Assembly: GCA_020184695.1 (NCBI GenBank)
Contig: JAANOX010000080.1
Span: 186,001 to 250,000, forward strand
Direction of reading: 5' to 3'
Length of the DNA stretch: 64,000 nt
DNA from: Histomonas meleagridis 2922-C6/04-290x
Lineage: Eukaryota > Protista > Parabasalia
The first letter of the stretch is position 1, and the number at the start of each line of letters is the position of its first letter. Positions 33,981 through 45,342 of this stretch are shown in pieces. The notes below the pieces were generated by a model. That model did no database searches and was not told the DNA's origin. It saw only the letters and a program-made list of their open reading frames with translations. A program made the position numbers and the translations under genes.

Positions 33981-34730
33981 ATGGTTGAATCTGTCAAGTG
34001 CACCGTCGTTGGTGATAGCCAAATAGGGAAAACAAGCCTTATTGTGACGTTCTGTAGTGGGTGGTTCCCAAAGGATTACATTCCGACTGAGACCAATAAT
34101 TTTTCAAAAACAATCCTTTTCGATGATAACCCAATTGATATAAGGCCATTTGATACTATGTCACAAGAAGAATACGAAGAAATCCGTTCTATTACTTATG
34201 AAGGAACTGATGTTTTCATTATTTGCTTTTCTTTGATTGAACCTAAAACGTTGGAAAGTGTAGAATCAAAATGGATCAAAGAGGCACATGACTTTAGTGA
34301 AGAAGCTCCGATTGTCCTTGTAGGCCTAAAGAAAGACCTTCGTGATTCATTTGTTGAAGATCCAAATAACACTGAATTAAAGCCAATTCCAATAAAAGAT
34401 GGACAAGCAATGAAAGAGAAAATAGGGGCTTATGACTATATCGAATGCTCGTGTCTTACCAAATCTAACATTGACAAAGTTTTCGAAACTGCTCTGAAGG
34501 CTGTTACCCACCAATCACAACAAGACGAAGGCGAAGAATCAGAGCCAAGCGAAAAACCAGCGCCAGTTGAACAACCAACTCCAATTGAAAAACCATCTCA
34601 AGTTGTACAACAACCTGCACCTGTACAGCAACCAACAAAAGAAACTGAGGAAAAAAAGACAACCGAAGAGCGTCCAAGCGCAAAAACAAGCGAAGAACAA
34701 CATCACCAAGAGCCATGCAATCTTTTATAA
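33981..34730 (+). CDS. Atypical Rho/Rac-family GTPase with P/Q/E-rich extension and CaaX
   Basis: KCTVVGDSQIGKT, DTMSQEEY, VFIICFSL, KW, VGLKKDL, YIECS, CNLL*. Confidence 0.9.
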   Translation: MVESVKCTVVGDSQIGKTSLIVTFCSGWFPKDYIPTETNNFSKTILFDDNPIDIRPFDTMSQEEYEEIRSITYEGTDVFIICFSLIEPKTLESVESKWIKEAHDFSEEAPIVLVGLKKDLRDSFVEDPNNTELKPIPIKDGQAMKEKIGAYDYIECSCLTKSNIDKVFETALKAVTHQSQQDEGEESEPSEKPAPVEQPTPIEKPSQVVQQPAPVQQPTKETEEKKTTEERPSAKTSEEQHHQEPCNLL

Positions 34731-35050
34731 ACATTTGTTTCCCTCAAATATTGGTATACCATCCAATAAACTTTTTTTGTTTTTTTGTAATTTTAGATAA
34801 CAAAAAATATGTTAACCAACTTTTTATGATAATAAATTATCAGATAAAAAGTTGGAATTAGTTTGTAAGAATATTTTCTAAAAACAGTTGTTTTGTCGTT
34901 TCAAGTGTTCTAACAAAAATATCTTAAAAAATATTAAAGAAAGGCTTTGGAAGATGAACCCGCCTCATTGTATAACGTTCATATATCGTCAAACAGACCC
35001 CTCAAAATTAACGCGGTACCGCGCAAATTATTGTACGTTAAATCCAAAAA

Positions 35051-38017
35051 ATGATCTCCACATCTAGCATCGAAGCTATGATGAAAAAGATCAATGACTT
35101 AAATTTCAGTTCTATTTCAGATACATCTTTTCTTGAAGAAGAAGATAATTTCAGTATTCCAGAATCTCAAAATAATGAAAAAAATTATTCGAATGACACA
35201 GATACTTCACCTGTATTATCCGATTTTGATAAGCCAAGTTATGATGAATTCGAAAATGAAAAGTCAAAATTTCTTAATAAATTTAGAGCAATTTCAGGAA
35301 AAAATGTTAGTTCTTTTGATGATGTCATTAATGAATACAAAAAACTACAGAAAAGTAACAGTAAACAGGAATTTTATGACAGGTTTAATGAAAGGTATAA
35401 AACTCAAATTTCCTCATTTTCAGGATTAACAAATTTCATAGATTCCTTAAATCAAAGAAAGAGCGGTAATAATTCATCAGCAAATGAATATGAATCTCTT
35501 AAAGAACAAGTCGAATCCTTAAAGAAATCCAAAAAATCATATGAATTTGCTTTAACAAATCTCGAAGAACTTCTTGAATCTCAAATAAACGAAATAAAAA
35601 GTTTATCTGAACAACGAAATGAACTTGTTCAACAACTTCAAAAACTTGATAATTTATGTCATCAAATTGATGATGCTGGACATAATCTCGAATTACAACT
35701 AAAGAACCAACAAATAGCCATTACTGAGTCCAAAGAAGAACCAGTAAAACAAATTCAAAACGAAATAAATGATAATTATGAATTACTTGCAAAAATGATA
35801 AAAACAGTTAATAATATTGAAGATGATTCCATAACTGAGAAAATAAATGAAATAAAAGAAAATACTAATCTAACAGTTGAAGATAGAATTATCAATATAA
35901 TCACATGTATAATTAAAAAGTTTAATAAAATAGTTACAGAAACAAACATTATTTCACAAAATATTAAAAACAAAGAATCAGAGAACAAAAAACTTAAAAA
36001 TAAATGTGTTGATATATTACATTCATTTGAAGAAGAGTTAAGATTTTTACAAAAGTTAGTAAATTCCAAAGAATTACAAAATATTATTTTTTATAGAACT
36101 TCAATTGGATCTCCTTTAGCATTTGAAAAAGATGAAAAAGAAGAATTAATTCGAAGATGCTCATCAATTGGCGCATTTATAGATGAGAAAATAGGAGAAA
36201 TAACACAAGAAAATGTTTTATCAATTGTAGGAGATATAGAAAACATCGATTCAAATCAAATATTTGAACTTTTACAACCAACAAATATTGAAAAAAAGAT
36301 TGAAAAAATTTTTAATGAACTAAGTGAAACCGATTCAGTTTCAACAAGACATTTAGTTGATTTATTTGTTGCTCAAATAATAATGAATGAAATTCTGAAA
36401 TCATATGTATGTGATTTAAGAGATCATTTATCTGATTCACAACAAGATGTATATAACTTTGAAAAACTTACCAAAGAAAATGAAAAACTTTCAAAAGATA
36501 ATCAAAAGGTTAATAAAGAAAATCAACAATTAATAAGAAGTCTTAAGAAATTATTACATAGACAAAAGAAAGCACAAAGACAAATTGCTAAAGTTTATCC
36601 AATTGATCAAAACTTAGATTTTTGTACGAATATTTTAAATTTATTAAAAATTCTTCATAAACAATCAAATGAAATAATTAGCACTAGTTCTTCTTCACAA
36701 TCAGAATATGTAAATGAAGATTTGTTAAAACAAATTGAAGATGCACATCAACAAATAGAAGAACTTCAGAAAATAGTTAATGAACAAACACAAAATGTTG
36801 AAAATCAAATCAAGTCATATGAAGAAAAGATCAAAGAGTTAACAGAAAATATTGATAATAATAAAAAGGAAATTGAAGAATTAAGTAATGATAAAGAAAA
36901 TTTAACATCATCACTTGAAATTTCGATTCAAAAATTAAAAGAAGCCAATGAACATATCAAAGAAATCGAGAATAAAAACAATTCAATTATAAATGAAAAA
37001 CAACAACTTGAAAAAGAGAAACAAAATCTTGAAAACAAAAACATAAAATTCAAATCAATAAAAGTTCAATATGAAGAAGCTATTAAAGAACTTCAAAAAA
37101 TAAGGAAACAAAAGGAAGAAATTGTTGAAGAAAATCAAACTTTAAAGAAACAAAATGATAATATTTTAAGTGAAAATGCTAATTTAAAGAATGAAAACAA
37201 ATCTCTTTCACTTAAAAATAAATCAATTGAAGAGAAATTCACAGTCGAAAAGAACACATTATTATCACAAATTAAAGCAAGCACAACAATGGCTAAATCA
37301 GATATTGATCGAATTCAGAAACAATATGAACAGAAACTTACAGACATTTTTAACAAAACTAAAGCAATTTTAATGAACATCAAAATCAATGAAATTCCTA
37401 ATGATGTAAATGATGCATTTGATCTTTTAATCATTCAAATCAAAAACATGAAATCATATATTTCACATAATTTATCAAAGAATGAAGAAATTCAAAAGAT
37501 TCAAAAGCTCTTAAAAGTCCAAGCAGGTTCACCATTATTACCAAAGATTCAAAAATTAATCGAAACAAATCAAAGCATTCAATCTGAATATGAAAAAATC
37601 AAAGAAGATAATGAATCAATAATAAAAGCACATGAAAAGATACAAAGAGATTTTTCAAAGGTTCAATCACAGATTATAGCTCTTGCTCAATGGGAAGCTT
37701 GGGCCAAAAGAATGATACGTATTATACGTGAAACTCCATGTAAGAATTTTAATCATGAACAACTCCGTTTAACTATTGAAGAAACCCTTTTATCATCAGT
37801 ATCAAACAGAACAATGTTTTTCAGAATTGAAATGTTAAGAGAAGAAAAGAAATTATTGCAAATGCATCAAAGACAAATAATGGAAAAGAACAATCACAAA
37901 AAGCCTCATTTTAATTCTGTTTTAATTGTATTGTTAGCTGTAAGAAAAATCCAAAAAACTTCTGGATATGTTCCAATAAAATTAAGTACTCCTTCAATAC
38001 ATAATCGGAAAAAATAA
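35051..38017 (+). CDS. Large coiled-coil protein
   Basis: 988 aa, K/E/N/Q-rich heptads; C-terminal WEAWAKRM motif. Confidence 0.8.
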   Translation: MISTSSIEAMMKKINDLNFSSISDTSFLEEEDNFSIPESQNNEKNYSNDTDTSPVLSDFDKPSYDEFENEKSKFLNKFRAISGKNVSSFDDVINEYKKLQKSNSKQEFYDRFNERYKTQISSFSGLTNFIDSLNQRKSGNNSSANEYESLKEQVESLKKSKKSYEFALTNLEELLESQINEIKSLSEQRNELVQQLQKLDNLCHQIDDAGHNLELQLKNQQIAITESKEEPVKQIQNEINDNYELLAKMIKTVNNIEDDSITEKINEIKENTNLTVEDRIINIITCIIKKFNKIVTETNIISQNIKNKESENKKLKNKCVDILHSFEEELRFLQKLVNSKELQNIIFYRTSIGSPLAFEKDEKEELIRRCSSIGAFIDEKIGEITQENVLSIVGDIENIDSNQIFELLQPTNIEKKIEKIFNELSETDSVSTRHLVDLFVAQIIMNEILKSYVCDLRDHLSDSQQDVYNFEKLTKENEKLSKDNQKVNKENQQLIRSLKKLLHRQKKAQRQIAKVYPIDQNLDFCTNILNLLKILHKQSNEIISTSSSSQSEYVNEDLLKQIEDAHQQIEELQKIVNEQTQNVENQIKSYEEKIKELTENIDNNKKEIEELSNDKENLTSSLEISIQKLKEANEHIKEIENKNNSIINEKQQLEKEKQNLENKNIKFKSIKVQYEEAIKELQKIRKQKEEIVEENQTLKKQNDNILSENANLKNENKSLSLKNKSIEEKFTVEKNTLLSQIKASTTMAKSDIDRIQKQYEQKLTDIFNKTKAILMNIKINEIPNDVNDAFDLLIIQIKNMKSYISHNLSKNEEIQKIQKLLKVQAGSPLLPKIQKLIETNQSIQSEYEKIKEDNESIIKAHEKIQRDFSKVQSQIIALAQWEAWAKRMIRIIRETPCKNFNHEQLRLTIEETLLSSVSNRTMFFRIEMLREEKKLLQMHQRQIMEKNNHKKPHFNSVLIVLLAVRKIQKTSGYVPIKLSTPSIHNRKK

Positions 38018-38130
38018 TGTGTGTGTGTGTATGTTTTGTTTTTAATAAATTATGTTTTAAAATTCTTGTTTTTTTGGATTTTATTAAAAAAGTGAACACA
38101 AAAAGTGTAAAAATAAACGTTTCCGCAAGA

Positions 38131-41100
38131 ATGCAAAGCAGCAAAACAAAGTCACCTAACAGAAATAAGTTATCTAATCAGAAGCGTTTCGTCGCAAGTG
38201 GAAATCTTGGTTCACCTTTAAGACAGAAAAAAACAGATAATTCATTTTCTGATAATATGTCTGAAACATCAGAAAATTCATTTACTTTACAAGCTGAACA
38301 ATCCGGGGAGCAAAGAGCTAAAAAAGCTCTCTCTTCTGTTGTCAATGAAGTACCAAGAGCTCAACGTGAATTATCATATTCAAATCTTACCTATCTTGAT
38401 TTATCATATTCACCGCTTAAAACGCCCAATTTTTCTACTCTTTCACAAAATCTTTCAGTATTAAAATTATCAGGTGTACCAATAAATCAAAAAATTCCAA
38501 CTTTACAATCACTTAGAACACTTTTTGCTGACAATTGCAAACTAAATAATTTTGATTATATTCAAAGTCTTCCAAATCTTCGATACTTATCTCTTTCCAA
38601 CAATAATCTTACAACATTTAAAGGATTACCAAGTTTTCCTCTCTTAAAATCCATTGATCTTAGTTCCAACAAAACCAGTTTCCCCACCGTTGACATTATT
38701 TCAGCCATTGGCTCCTTATATCTAGAAACGGTTAATCGCAATTCGATCACATCAAATGATTTCCAAACAGCGTTTTCACGCTCGCCACTTGTTGGTTATT
38801 CATTACGCCAAGGGAAACCATTAAATTCATCGGAAGATTCCATTACATATCTTACTCAAGATCTCAAGAAATCACTTGGCAAGCAATTCAAAACTGGTGA
38901 ATTATTAATCGAGAACAATAAAATAATAACAATTCCCTATACCAATGCCACAAACATCCGATGGTATATGTCGAAATATCCTACTTCCCAAGAGAACGAA
39001 GAGTGGATCATCATCAAAGAATTCAAGACGCGAAAACTTGTTATTAATCAAAGTATGCAACAACGTCTTATTAAAGCTGAATTCCAACTCAAGAATATAC
39101 CTAAGACCAAATTTTCGATGTACACTTCGAATATCATTTGCATCGAAGAAGAAGACAAACTTACGATGCCATTTCCAATCGCCATCAATGTAAAAGGTGA
39201 ATTTACGGAAGGCAATTTAATAACATTTTATCCATTACAAATCCCATATACATATAAATGGTATTTATATCATCAGATATATAAACAAGGAAAACAAGTT
39301 TCGGAAGAAAACACTTTTGTTATTGATAAGTCATTAATTGGGGAGAAATTAGTATTAACAATTGAACCATTTATTAACAAATTCCCCGAATTAAAATTCC
39401 AAAAGATTCATTACGTTACTGACACAATAAAACGACAAATACCAATTGTTAAAGGAATCAAATTTCCTGATGAATTATTCGAAGGAAAAGAGATCAAATT
39501 TAATCATCAAATCATACCACAACGCGAAGGATTTTCCGAAATATATATTGAGAAATCAACATCATTAACAAGTAATTGGAAAGTTATTTGTCAATTAGAT
39601 AAAGATAACTTGAAATATATACCGACAAAAGATGACGTTGATTATTATTTACGTGTTTCTTATTTACCTATACTTGATGATGAATCAACAACTATTAATG
39701 AAATCCCTTATTACTTTTATAGTAATAATTCAGTAAAACCAACTTTGCCAACATTTAAAAACGTTGAAATTATAGGTAAATTAGAAACTGGTCAATCAAT
39801 AGTTGTTAATGGTACTTATGAAGGAGGTCGAAAAGGAAAATGTTTATACAAGTGGTACTTTTCGAATAAATCATTCATCAGGAATAAGCCAATTGAAGCA
39901 CAATCAATTAATTTTATAGTGAATAATGAAAATGGGATATTACGACTTAAAAAAAAATATCTGAATTTATATATAGCAGTAGAAATAATTCCTGTTAGAG
40001 ATGATAATTGTAATGGTAAATCGATTTTTGTTTTTGGAGATAAACAAATTACTGAAGGTAAGAAAACAAATGAATTAATTAAAGGTAACAAAACATTTGA
40101 AATATATCAACAAATTTCATTTCTATATGAATTTAAATGGTATCGAATTCATTCCAAATCGAATTTAGAATTAATTAATAAAGGAAAAAAATATACACCG
40201 AACATAAATGACTCAGGAAAATATATAAAATTAGAATCAAATGATGGTAAACATGATGAAATTATATACATTAATGAAAACATATCATTAGAAATCAAAG
40301 ACTTTAAGATTTCATATGACTCATGTAAAATTGGCTCCGAAATATATTTACCCGAAACATTTTATTATGAAAACTCGATCGAAATCCAATCGAATTCGAA
40401 CACTGAAATCGATTGGGTACGAATAAACCCGAAAAATAATCAACAACAAGTCATTGCTATTAATATTAATCCATATGTATTACATGAGAATGATATTGGC
40501 CATAAAATCAAAGCGATATATTATATATTAGATTCGGATGATTCTATTATTAAATATAAAGAATCATCAAATATTACTGATGTAATATATCGTACAGAAG
40601 CGGATAATTTCATATGTAATATAAAAGGAGAATTAAAAGTCGGCGAAGAATTATCTGTTGAACATGAAAACCCAATTTATTCAATCAAATGGTTGAAAAA
40701 GAATTATTATGATAAGTTCGATTTAATAATAGAATATGTTTTCGATCATATCGATGATGAAAATAATATTATATATTATAAAAATAATAAAAATGATTCG
40801 ATCGCAGATAATTTAAGATTAAAATTATCTGACGCTGAATGCGATTGTTTCATTAAAGCTGAAGTTATATTCGCTGAACTTGATGATAATATTTTGATTC
40901 CGTTAAACGAGAAAAATCCTTTGGTGGTTAACGCTGTTAAAGAAAGAGTGAAACCAATAGATTTCGCAATCGTTTTACCAAATAATTATCAAAACTTTTT
41001 ATCAGAAGGAACAACACTTAAACTCGAAACGATAGGAAAATTGACTACTTACAAAAAACCAAAAATTGTGTGGGAAATGTTAAGTGAAAAACGATGGATA

Positions 41101-42585
41101 GAAAGAGGTAACGGTTTCTCATACACTTTTGTTAAGTCTGATATAGGAAATGAATTTAGGATAAAATGTAATGAACCTAAAACATTAATTAAATTACCTA
41201 AGATAACACCAATGGTTCCAACAGTTACTAATGTCGAAATCTCACAAAATGAAAAAGGTAAAATTATTGTTAGCGGAAAATATAATGGAGGAAAAGAAGG
41301 AAAATCGAAAATTATTGTTTCATATATCTCTGATAATGATGAAGTTACATTAGAGAACACAGTCGTTCAGAATCTGGTATACAAAAAATCATATCAATTT
41401 TCTCCATCGAAAAAACTTTTTGGAAAAATGATTGATGTAGGTTATATACCTATACGTTCTGATGGGATTGAAGGTAAATGCACATGGTCCAAAAACGGAA
41501 TCGTTGTTAAGCCAATTCCATCGATTTTATTAGCAAAGTTCGAATTAAGCGAAGATTTTCCAATGGTTAAATCTTCCATGAAATGTATTATAACAAGAGC
41601 TATTTTAGCGGATTCGTTTTCTTATAAATGGTCGAGAATACCACTTAACGAAGACCATAAGTTCTTCAAAGAATCGCAAAACAACAAATCACAGGTTTAC
41701 ATCCTCACCTCACACGACGATAACTGCATTTTGAGGTGTCAAATCCGCGCCATCGGCAAAAACGGTTATATATCTGAGTCATTCTCAATTGAAAAAGAGA
41801 TTCACATTCAATACAATTCAATGAAGTTCCCAACTTCACTCAGCATTGAAATTAAACGTCCTCCGAATCCGAATAAGAAGAAAGAGATAACAGCGCAAAG
41901 CTCAATGATATCAATATCATCTATCACATCTATGCAATCCATAGTATCCAAAGCGAGTGAAATCTTATCATTACCAAATAGTAGTAGTAATAATCCAAAT
42001 AACAAAATTCGTAAAGTTGAAACAGGTTACATCTTAAATGCAATTGCTGAACCACTTGGGGAGTTTAATATGAATTTAATCATCTGGCAATATAAATTTG
42101 AAGATTCTTGGATCGACATTAGTGAAGGAGAAAGTTATCTTTTAACGATTGATGACTTCGACAAAATCATTCGTTGCATCTTCACAATGAATGGGAAGTC
42201 CATATTTTCGGAAGAAGTCTTTTGTATCATTGATCAAAAAACTAATGCATTAGCGGCAAGTGCTGCACGCGCTGGGACATTTATATTTAAAGCGGATTAC
42301 GTTGTCGGAAGTGATTCGTTTTGTACCATTTCATTTGCGAACGGAGGAATTCGCGTGAAAAACGAAAATGGTAAAGAAGCGAGTTGCAAATGGAAAGACG
42401 CAGAGGCAAATGCGATCAAAGGAACAAAGGACAAAATGGAAATTGTACTGGGAAATGAAACAAAATTCGAAATAATACCAACAAAAATCGAGTCGTATAC
42501 GTCGGGAATGGTTTCGGTGACGTCGCTGAGGGATTTGTGCGTGTCGGCATTGAGACAGTTTAGGAAAAGATTCGAAAAAAACTGA
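38131..42585 (+). CDS. AIR9-like protein (basic N-terminus, LRRs, repeated A9/Ig-like domains)
   Basis: LRR (LRYLSLSNNNLTTFKGLPSFPLLKSIDLSSN); repeats with YEGGRKGK..YKW, PVRDDNCNG, PTVTNVEI..YNGGKEGKS, YIPIRSDGIEG. ATG 38131 preferred over 38017. Confidence 0.8.
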   Translation: MQSSKTKSPNRNKLSNQKRFVASGNLGSPLRQKKTDNSFSDNMSETSENSFTLQAEQSGEQRAKKALSSVVNEVPRAQRELSYSNLTYLDLSYSPLKTPNFSTLSQNLSVLKLSGVPINQKIPTLQSLRTLFADNCKLNNFDYIQSLPNLRYLSLSNNNLTTFKGLPSFPLLKSIDLSSNKTSFPTVDIISAIGSLYLETVNRNSITSNDFQTAFSRSPLVGYSLRQGKPLNSSEDSITYLTQDLKKSLGKQFKTGELLIENNKIITIPYTNATNIRWYMSKYPTSQENEEWIIIKEFKTRKLVINQSMQQRLIKAEFQLKNIPKTKFSMYTSNIICIEEEDKLTMPFPIAINVKGEFTEGNLITFYPLQIPYTYKWYLYHQIYKQGKQVSEENTFVIDKSLIGEKLVLTIEPFINKFPELKFQKIHYVTDTIKRQIPIVKGIKFPDELFEGKEIKFNHQIIPQREGFSEIYIEKSTSLTSNWKVICQLDKDNLKYIPTKDDVDYYLRVSYLPILDDESTTINEIPYYFYSNNSVKPTLPTFKNVEIIGKLETGQSIVVNGTYEGGRKGKCLYKWYFSNKSFIRNKPIEAQSINFIVNNENGILRLKKKYLNLYIAVEIIPVRDDNCNGKSIFVFGDKQITEGKKTNELIKGNKTFEIYQQISFLYEFKWYRIHSKSNLELINKGKKYTPNINDSGKYIKLESNDGKHDEIIYINENISLEIKDFKISYDSCKIGSEIYLPETFYYENSIEIQSNSNTEIDWVRINPKNNQQQVIAININPYVLHENDIGHKIKAIYYILDSDDSIIKYKESSNITDVIYRTEADNFICNIKGELKVGEELSVEHENPIYSIKWLKKNYYDKFDLIIEYVFDHIDDENNIIYYKNNKNDSIADNLRLKLSDAECDCFIKAEVIFAELDDNILIPLNEKNPLVVNAVKERVKPIDFAIVLPNNYQNFLSEGTTLKLETIGKLTTYKKPKIVWEMLSEKRWIERGNGFSYTFVKSDIGNEFRIKCNEPKTLIKLPKITPMVPTVTNVEISQNEKGKIIVSGKYNGGKEGKSKIIVSYISDNDEVTLENTVVQNLVYKKSYQFSPSKKLFGKMIDVGYIPIRSDGIEGKCTWSKNGIVVKPIPSILLAKFELSEDFPMVKSSMKCIITRAILADSFSYKWSRIPLNEDHKFFKESQNNKSQVYILTSHDDNCILRCQIRAIGKNGYISESFSIEKEIHIQYNSMKFPTSLSIEIKRPPNPNKKKEITAQSSMISISSITSMQSIVSKASEILSLPNSSSNNPNNKIRKVETGYILNAIAEPLGEFNMNLIIWQYKFEDSWIDISEGESYLLTIDDFDKIIRCIFTMNGKSIFSEEVFCIIDQKTNALAASAARAGTFIFKADYVVGSDSFCTISFANGGIRVKNENGKEASCKWKDAEANAIKGTKDKMEIVLGNETKFEIIPTKIESYTSGMVSVTSLRDLCVSALRQFRKRFEKN

Positions 42586-42839
42586 AATAAAAATGTTATA
42601 TTATAAAATTTTAAATAGAATTAAACGGAAAATCCAATTTTTTTTTTATATTTTAATGTTATAGTAAATATTCTTTAAAACACTTATTTTTATGGTTTTT
42701 GGAAATTAATTTGTTAGTGAGTAAAATGCAAAAAATTTACCTAAATAAAGAAACAAAGGTTCAGTCTTATCATTGTAATGAGGATTGCTAAAAATCTTAA
42801 ATATTATGTCCAAATAGTTCAAAAATATTGAAATAAATA

Positions 42840-43100
42840 TCATGCATAAGGCAAACAAATTTATAGAAACGATTACATTTTTAATCTTTGATAAGTAATT
42901 TAACTATTTTTATACGTCCATATTCAAATGCAATCATAAATACTCCGATAAATGATTCCAATAATTTTCAAATATTATTTTGAAAAATAAATATCAAACA
43001 AAACATAAAAATATCTTGCTCAAGAAGAATCCTAACAACATCTAATATATGAATATCTTTCATGAGATGATGGTTTAATTGTTTGATAAAATAAATGGTA
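42840..43100 (-). pseudogene. Small DUF3447/ankyrin remnant with a 60-nt spacer
   Basis: QTIKPSSHERYS..QD|spacer 42953-43012|FIGVFMIAFEYGRIKIVKLLIKD. Confidence 0.55.
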
Positions 43101-43686
43101 TTAATGTAATACCGACGTTCTTGATGTTATAACATTCAATCTTGATTCGGCTTTATCGTTAAATAAATTGATTACTGTATTATTCTGTGTCTCTTATTGA
43201 GAGATTATATCAGCAGAAAAATATTATTAGAGTTCAAACTTTCTAATTTGTATCAATGCACATAAATAATAAAAAATCAATAAATAATATGTAACGATCA
43301 AAAAAATTATAATTCTTATAATCGTTAAATTTAAAATTGTGTTTAAGAAATAAAATAATAATGGTTTACTGATGTGAAACTTTTATTTGCTTCCGAAAAA
43401 AGTGACATCATCACCACGTCGTAAAGAGTAAAAAGTAAAATAAACAAAAGTAATATAAAGCAATCAAAAAAATTAATTCAATTTTTCGATGTAACCCCTA
43501 TGCAATGACTTAATTTGTGTTGAAACTGCGCGGACAAAGCGGAATTGTAAACACGCTCGAAAAGAATGAAAAAAGAAAAATATCTCCAAACCCAATTAAA
43601 TATTCCTTTATAATCTTCAGAAGATTAAAATAAAAACTCATATAAACTCTTCTTTTAGAGATTGAAAAAAATGAACATTGAATGTT

Positions 43687-44019
43687 TTAAGAATATGAAT
43701 CATAATCAGTTGTTGTATATTCTGCATATGTTGTGTAGTCATCAGTGTAACCACTATATTCATCATCACTTCCACTTTTAGGTGGTTGAGAATCTTGAAC
43801 TTGTGCTGGTGGAGGATTTTGAGCTGGGGGTGGAGAAGCTGAAGGTTTAGCTTCTGATGATTTCTTTGAGCTTGAAGAAGAGGATGTAGATTCGTCTTTG
43901 GTTGGTGGTGGAGGTGGCTTTGATTCAACAGGCTTTGGTTCTGGTGGTTTTTCGGCTGGCTTCTCTGGCTTTTTCTCCTTTGTTTCCTTTGGCTTTTCGT
44001 CATCAACTTCTTTACACAT
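43687..44019 (-). CDS. Small low-complexity P/K/S-rich protein with acidic Tyr-rich tail
   Basis: 110-aa ORF, GC-richer than its flanks; may be a fragment. Confidence 0.45.
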   Translation of the reverse strand: MCKEVDDEKPKETKEKKPEKPAEKPPEPKPVESKPPPPPTKDESTSSSSSSKKSSEAKPSASPPPAQNPPPAQVQDSQPPKSGSDDEYSGYTDDYTTYAEYTTTDYDSYS

Positions 44020-44227
44020 TTGGAAGTGATGTTATTAATTACCAACTCTCAGAAAAATTCACAATCAATTGAAAAAGCTTTTGTTTCTTAAATTGTACGT
44101 TAAAGAGCTGATTTGTAAACTAAGGAAAACGGTGAGGTTTTTAAATGGACGATTGGTGTTTTTTGCTTTTGCTTATGGGGACCGAAAGGGTACCAAAATA
44201 AAATTTTGTCTCTATTCAAATCCAAGA

Positions 44228-44812
44228 ATGCATTCTTTGAAAGTTGTGTTTTTGGGAAATTCACAAGTAGGTAAAACATGTATAATTAACAGATATATCA
44301 CGGGTGAATTCCCAGATTCAACAAAGCCAACAATTGGAATGGCTTTTTCAACAAAAATAACATCTTTTAATGTAGGAAAAGAAACAGTCGAACTCCAAAT
44401 TTGGGATACAGCAGGACAAGAAATATATCGTGGGTTGTCACCAATGTATTATCGAAATTCTTCAATAATTATTGTTGTTTATGATGTGACAAAACCAGAA
44501 AGTTTTGACTCAGTTCCACAATGGATTAAAGATTTTGAACAAAATGCTGTGGATCGAAATACCGTTGTTATTGGAGTTTGCGGAAATAAAATTGATTTGG
44601 ATTCTCAAATATCAAGTTTTAAGGCAAAAACAACATTTCCCGATCTTGAAAATGTTGACTATTTCCAAGTAAGTGCTCTTACTGGTGTCGGAATCGAAAA
44701 CATGTTTCAGAATCTTATTCAAAAATACCTTGATACAAAACCTCATTCAAACACTTTTACCCAAAAGAGCGTTGAGCGCGTTCAGGAAAAAACGGAGCCA
44801 TCATGTTGCTAA
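44228..44812 (+). CDS. Rab GTPase
   Basis: GNSQVGKT, PTIGMAF, WDTAGQE, PMYYRN, GNKIDL, VSAL, terminal CC. ATG 44228. Confidence 0.95.
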   Translation: MHSLKVVFLGNSQVGKTCIINRYITGEFPDSTKPTIGMAFSTKITSFNVGKETVELQIWDTAGQEIYRGLSPMYYRNSSIIIVVYDVTKPESFDSVPQWIKDFEQNAVDRNTVVIGVCGNKIDLDSQISSFKAKTTFPDLENVDYFQVSALTGVGIENMFQNLIQKYLDTKPHSNTFTQKSVERVQEKTEPSCC

Positions 44813-45342
44813 CGGATTACAACTTGTTGTGTAAATTTTAGCTGAAAAAAAATTATATGACTTTTTGTGTGGTTTATTTAGGTAAAAAGCTTTTTTGTAA
44901 ATTTCACAATTAATTTACAATTCCAACAAAACGTTTTGTAAAATTTGTTTCGATAAATACAACAAGTATTATGAAGGAAAAAAGTTACGATAACGGATTA
45001 TCAAACAAGATGAGCCACTTGTTTCACTTTAACGAATAATATTTAATTTAAATAACTGAAAAAAATATTGATATCAATATCGAAAGAACAATGGAATTTT
45101 TTGATATAAATTATGAAATAGCCAAGTCACTTGGTGCACAAATAGATAAATAATGTTTCAGTCATAATTAATATTATTTTTGTACAATTACAATTTGGGT
45201 TTTAATATTTTGTGAAAATATTAGCCGCAATGATTTTTATAATGAAAATGTTCATGAGCTTCCTTTAATCTGTTCAATCATATATTTAGTACTAAATATT
45301 CATATTAAGTTTACTAACAATTCGAAAATTTACCCTATAAAC

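Noticed and set aside
38017-38130. TAATG stop/start overlap between the coiled-coil gene and the AIR9-like gene
   Set aside because: The extension (MCVCVCFVFNKLCF..) is low-complexity, intergenic-like sequence; ATG 38131 is the more plausible start.
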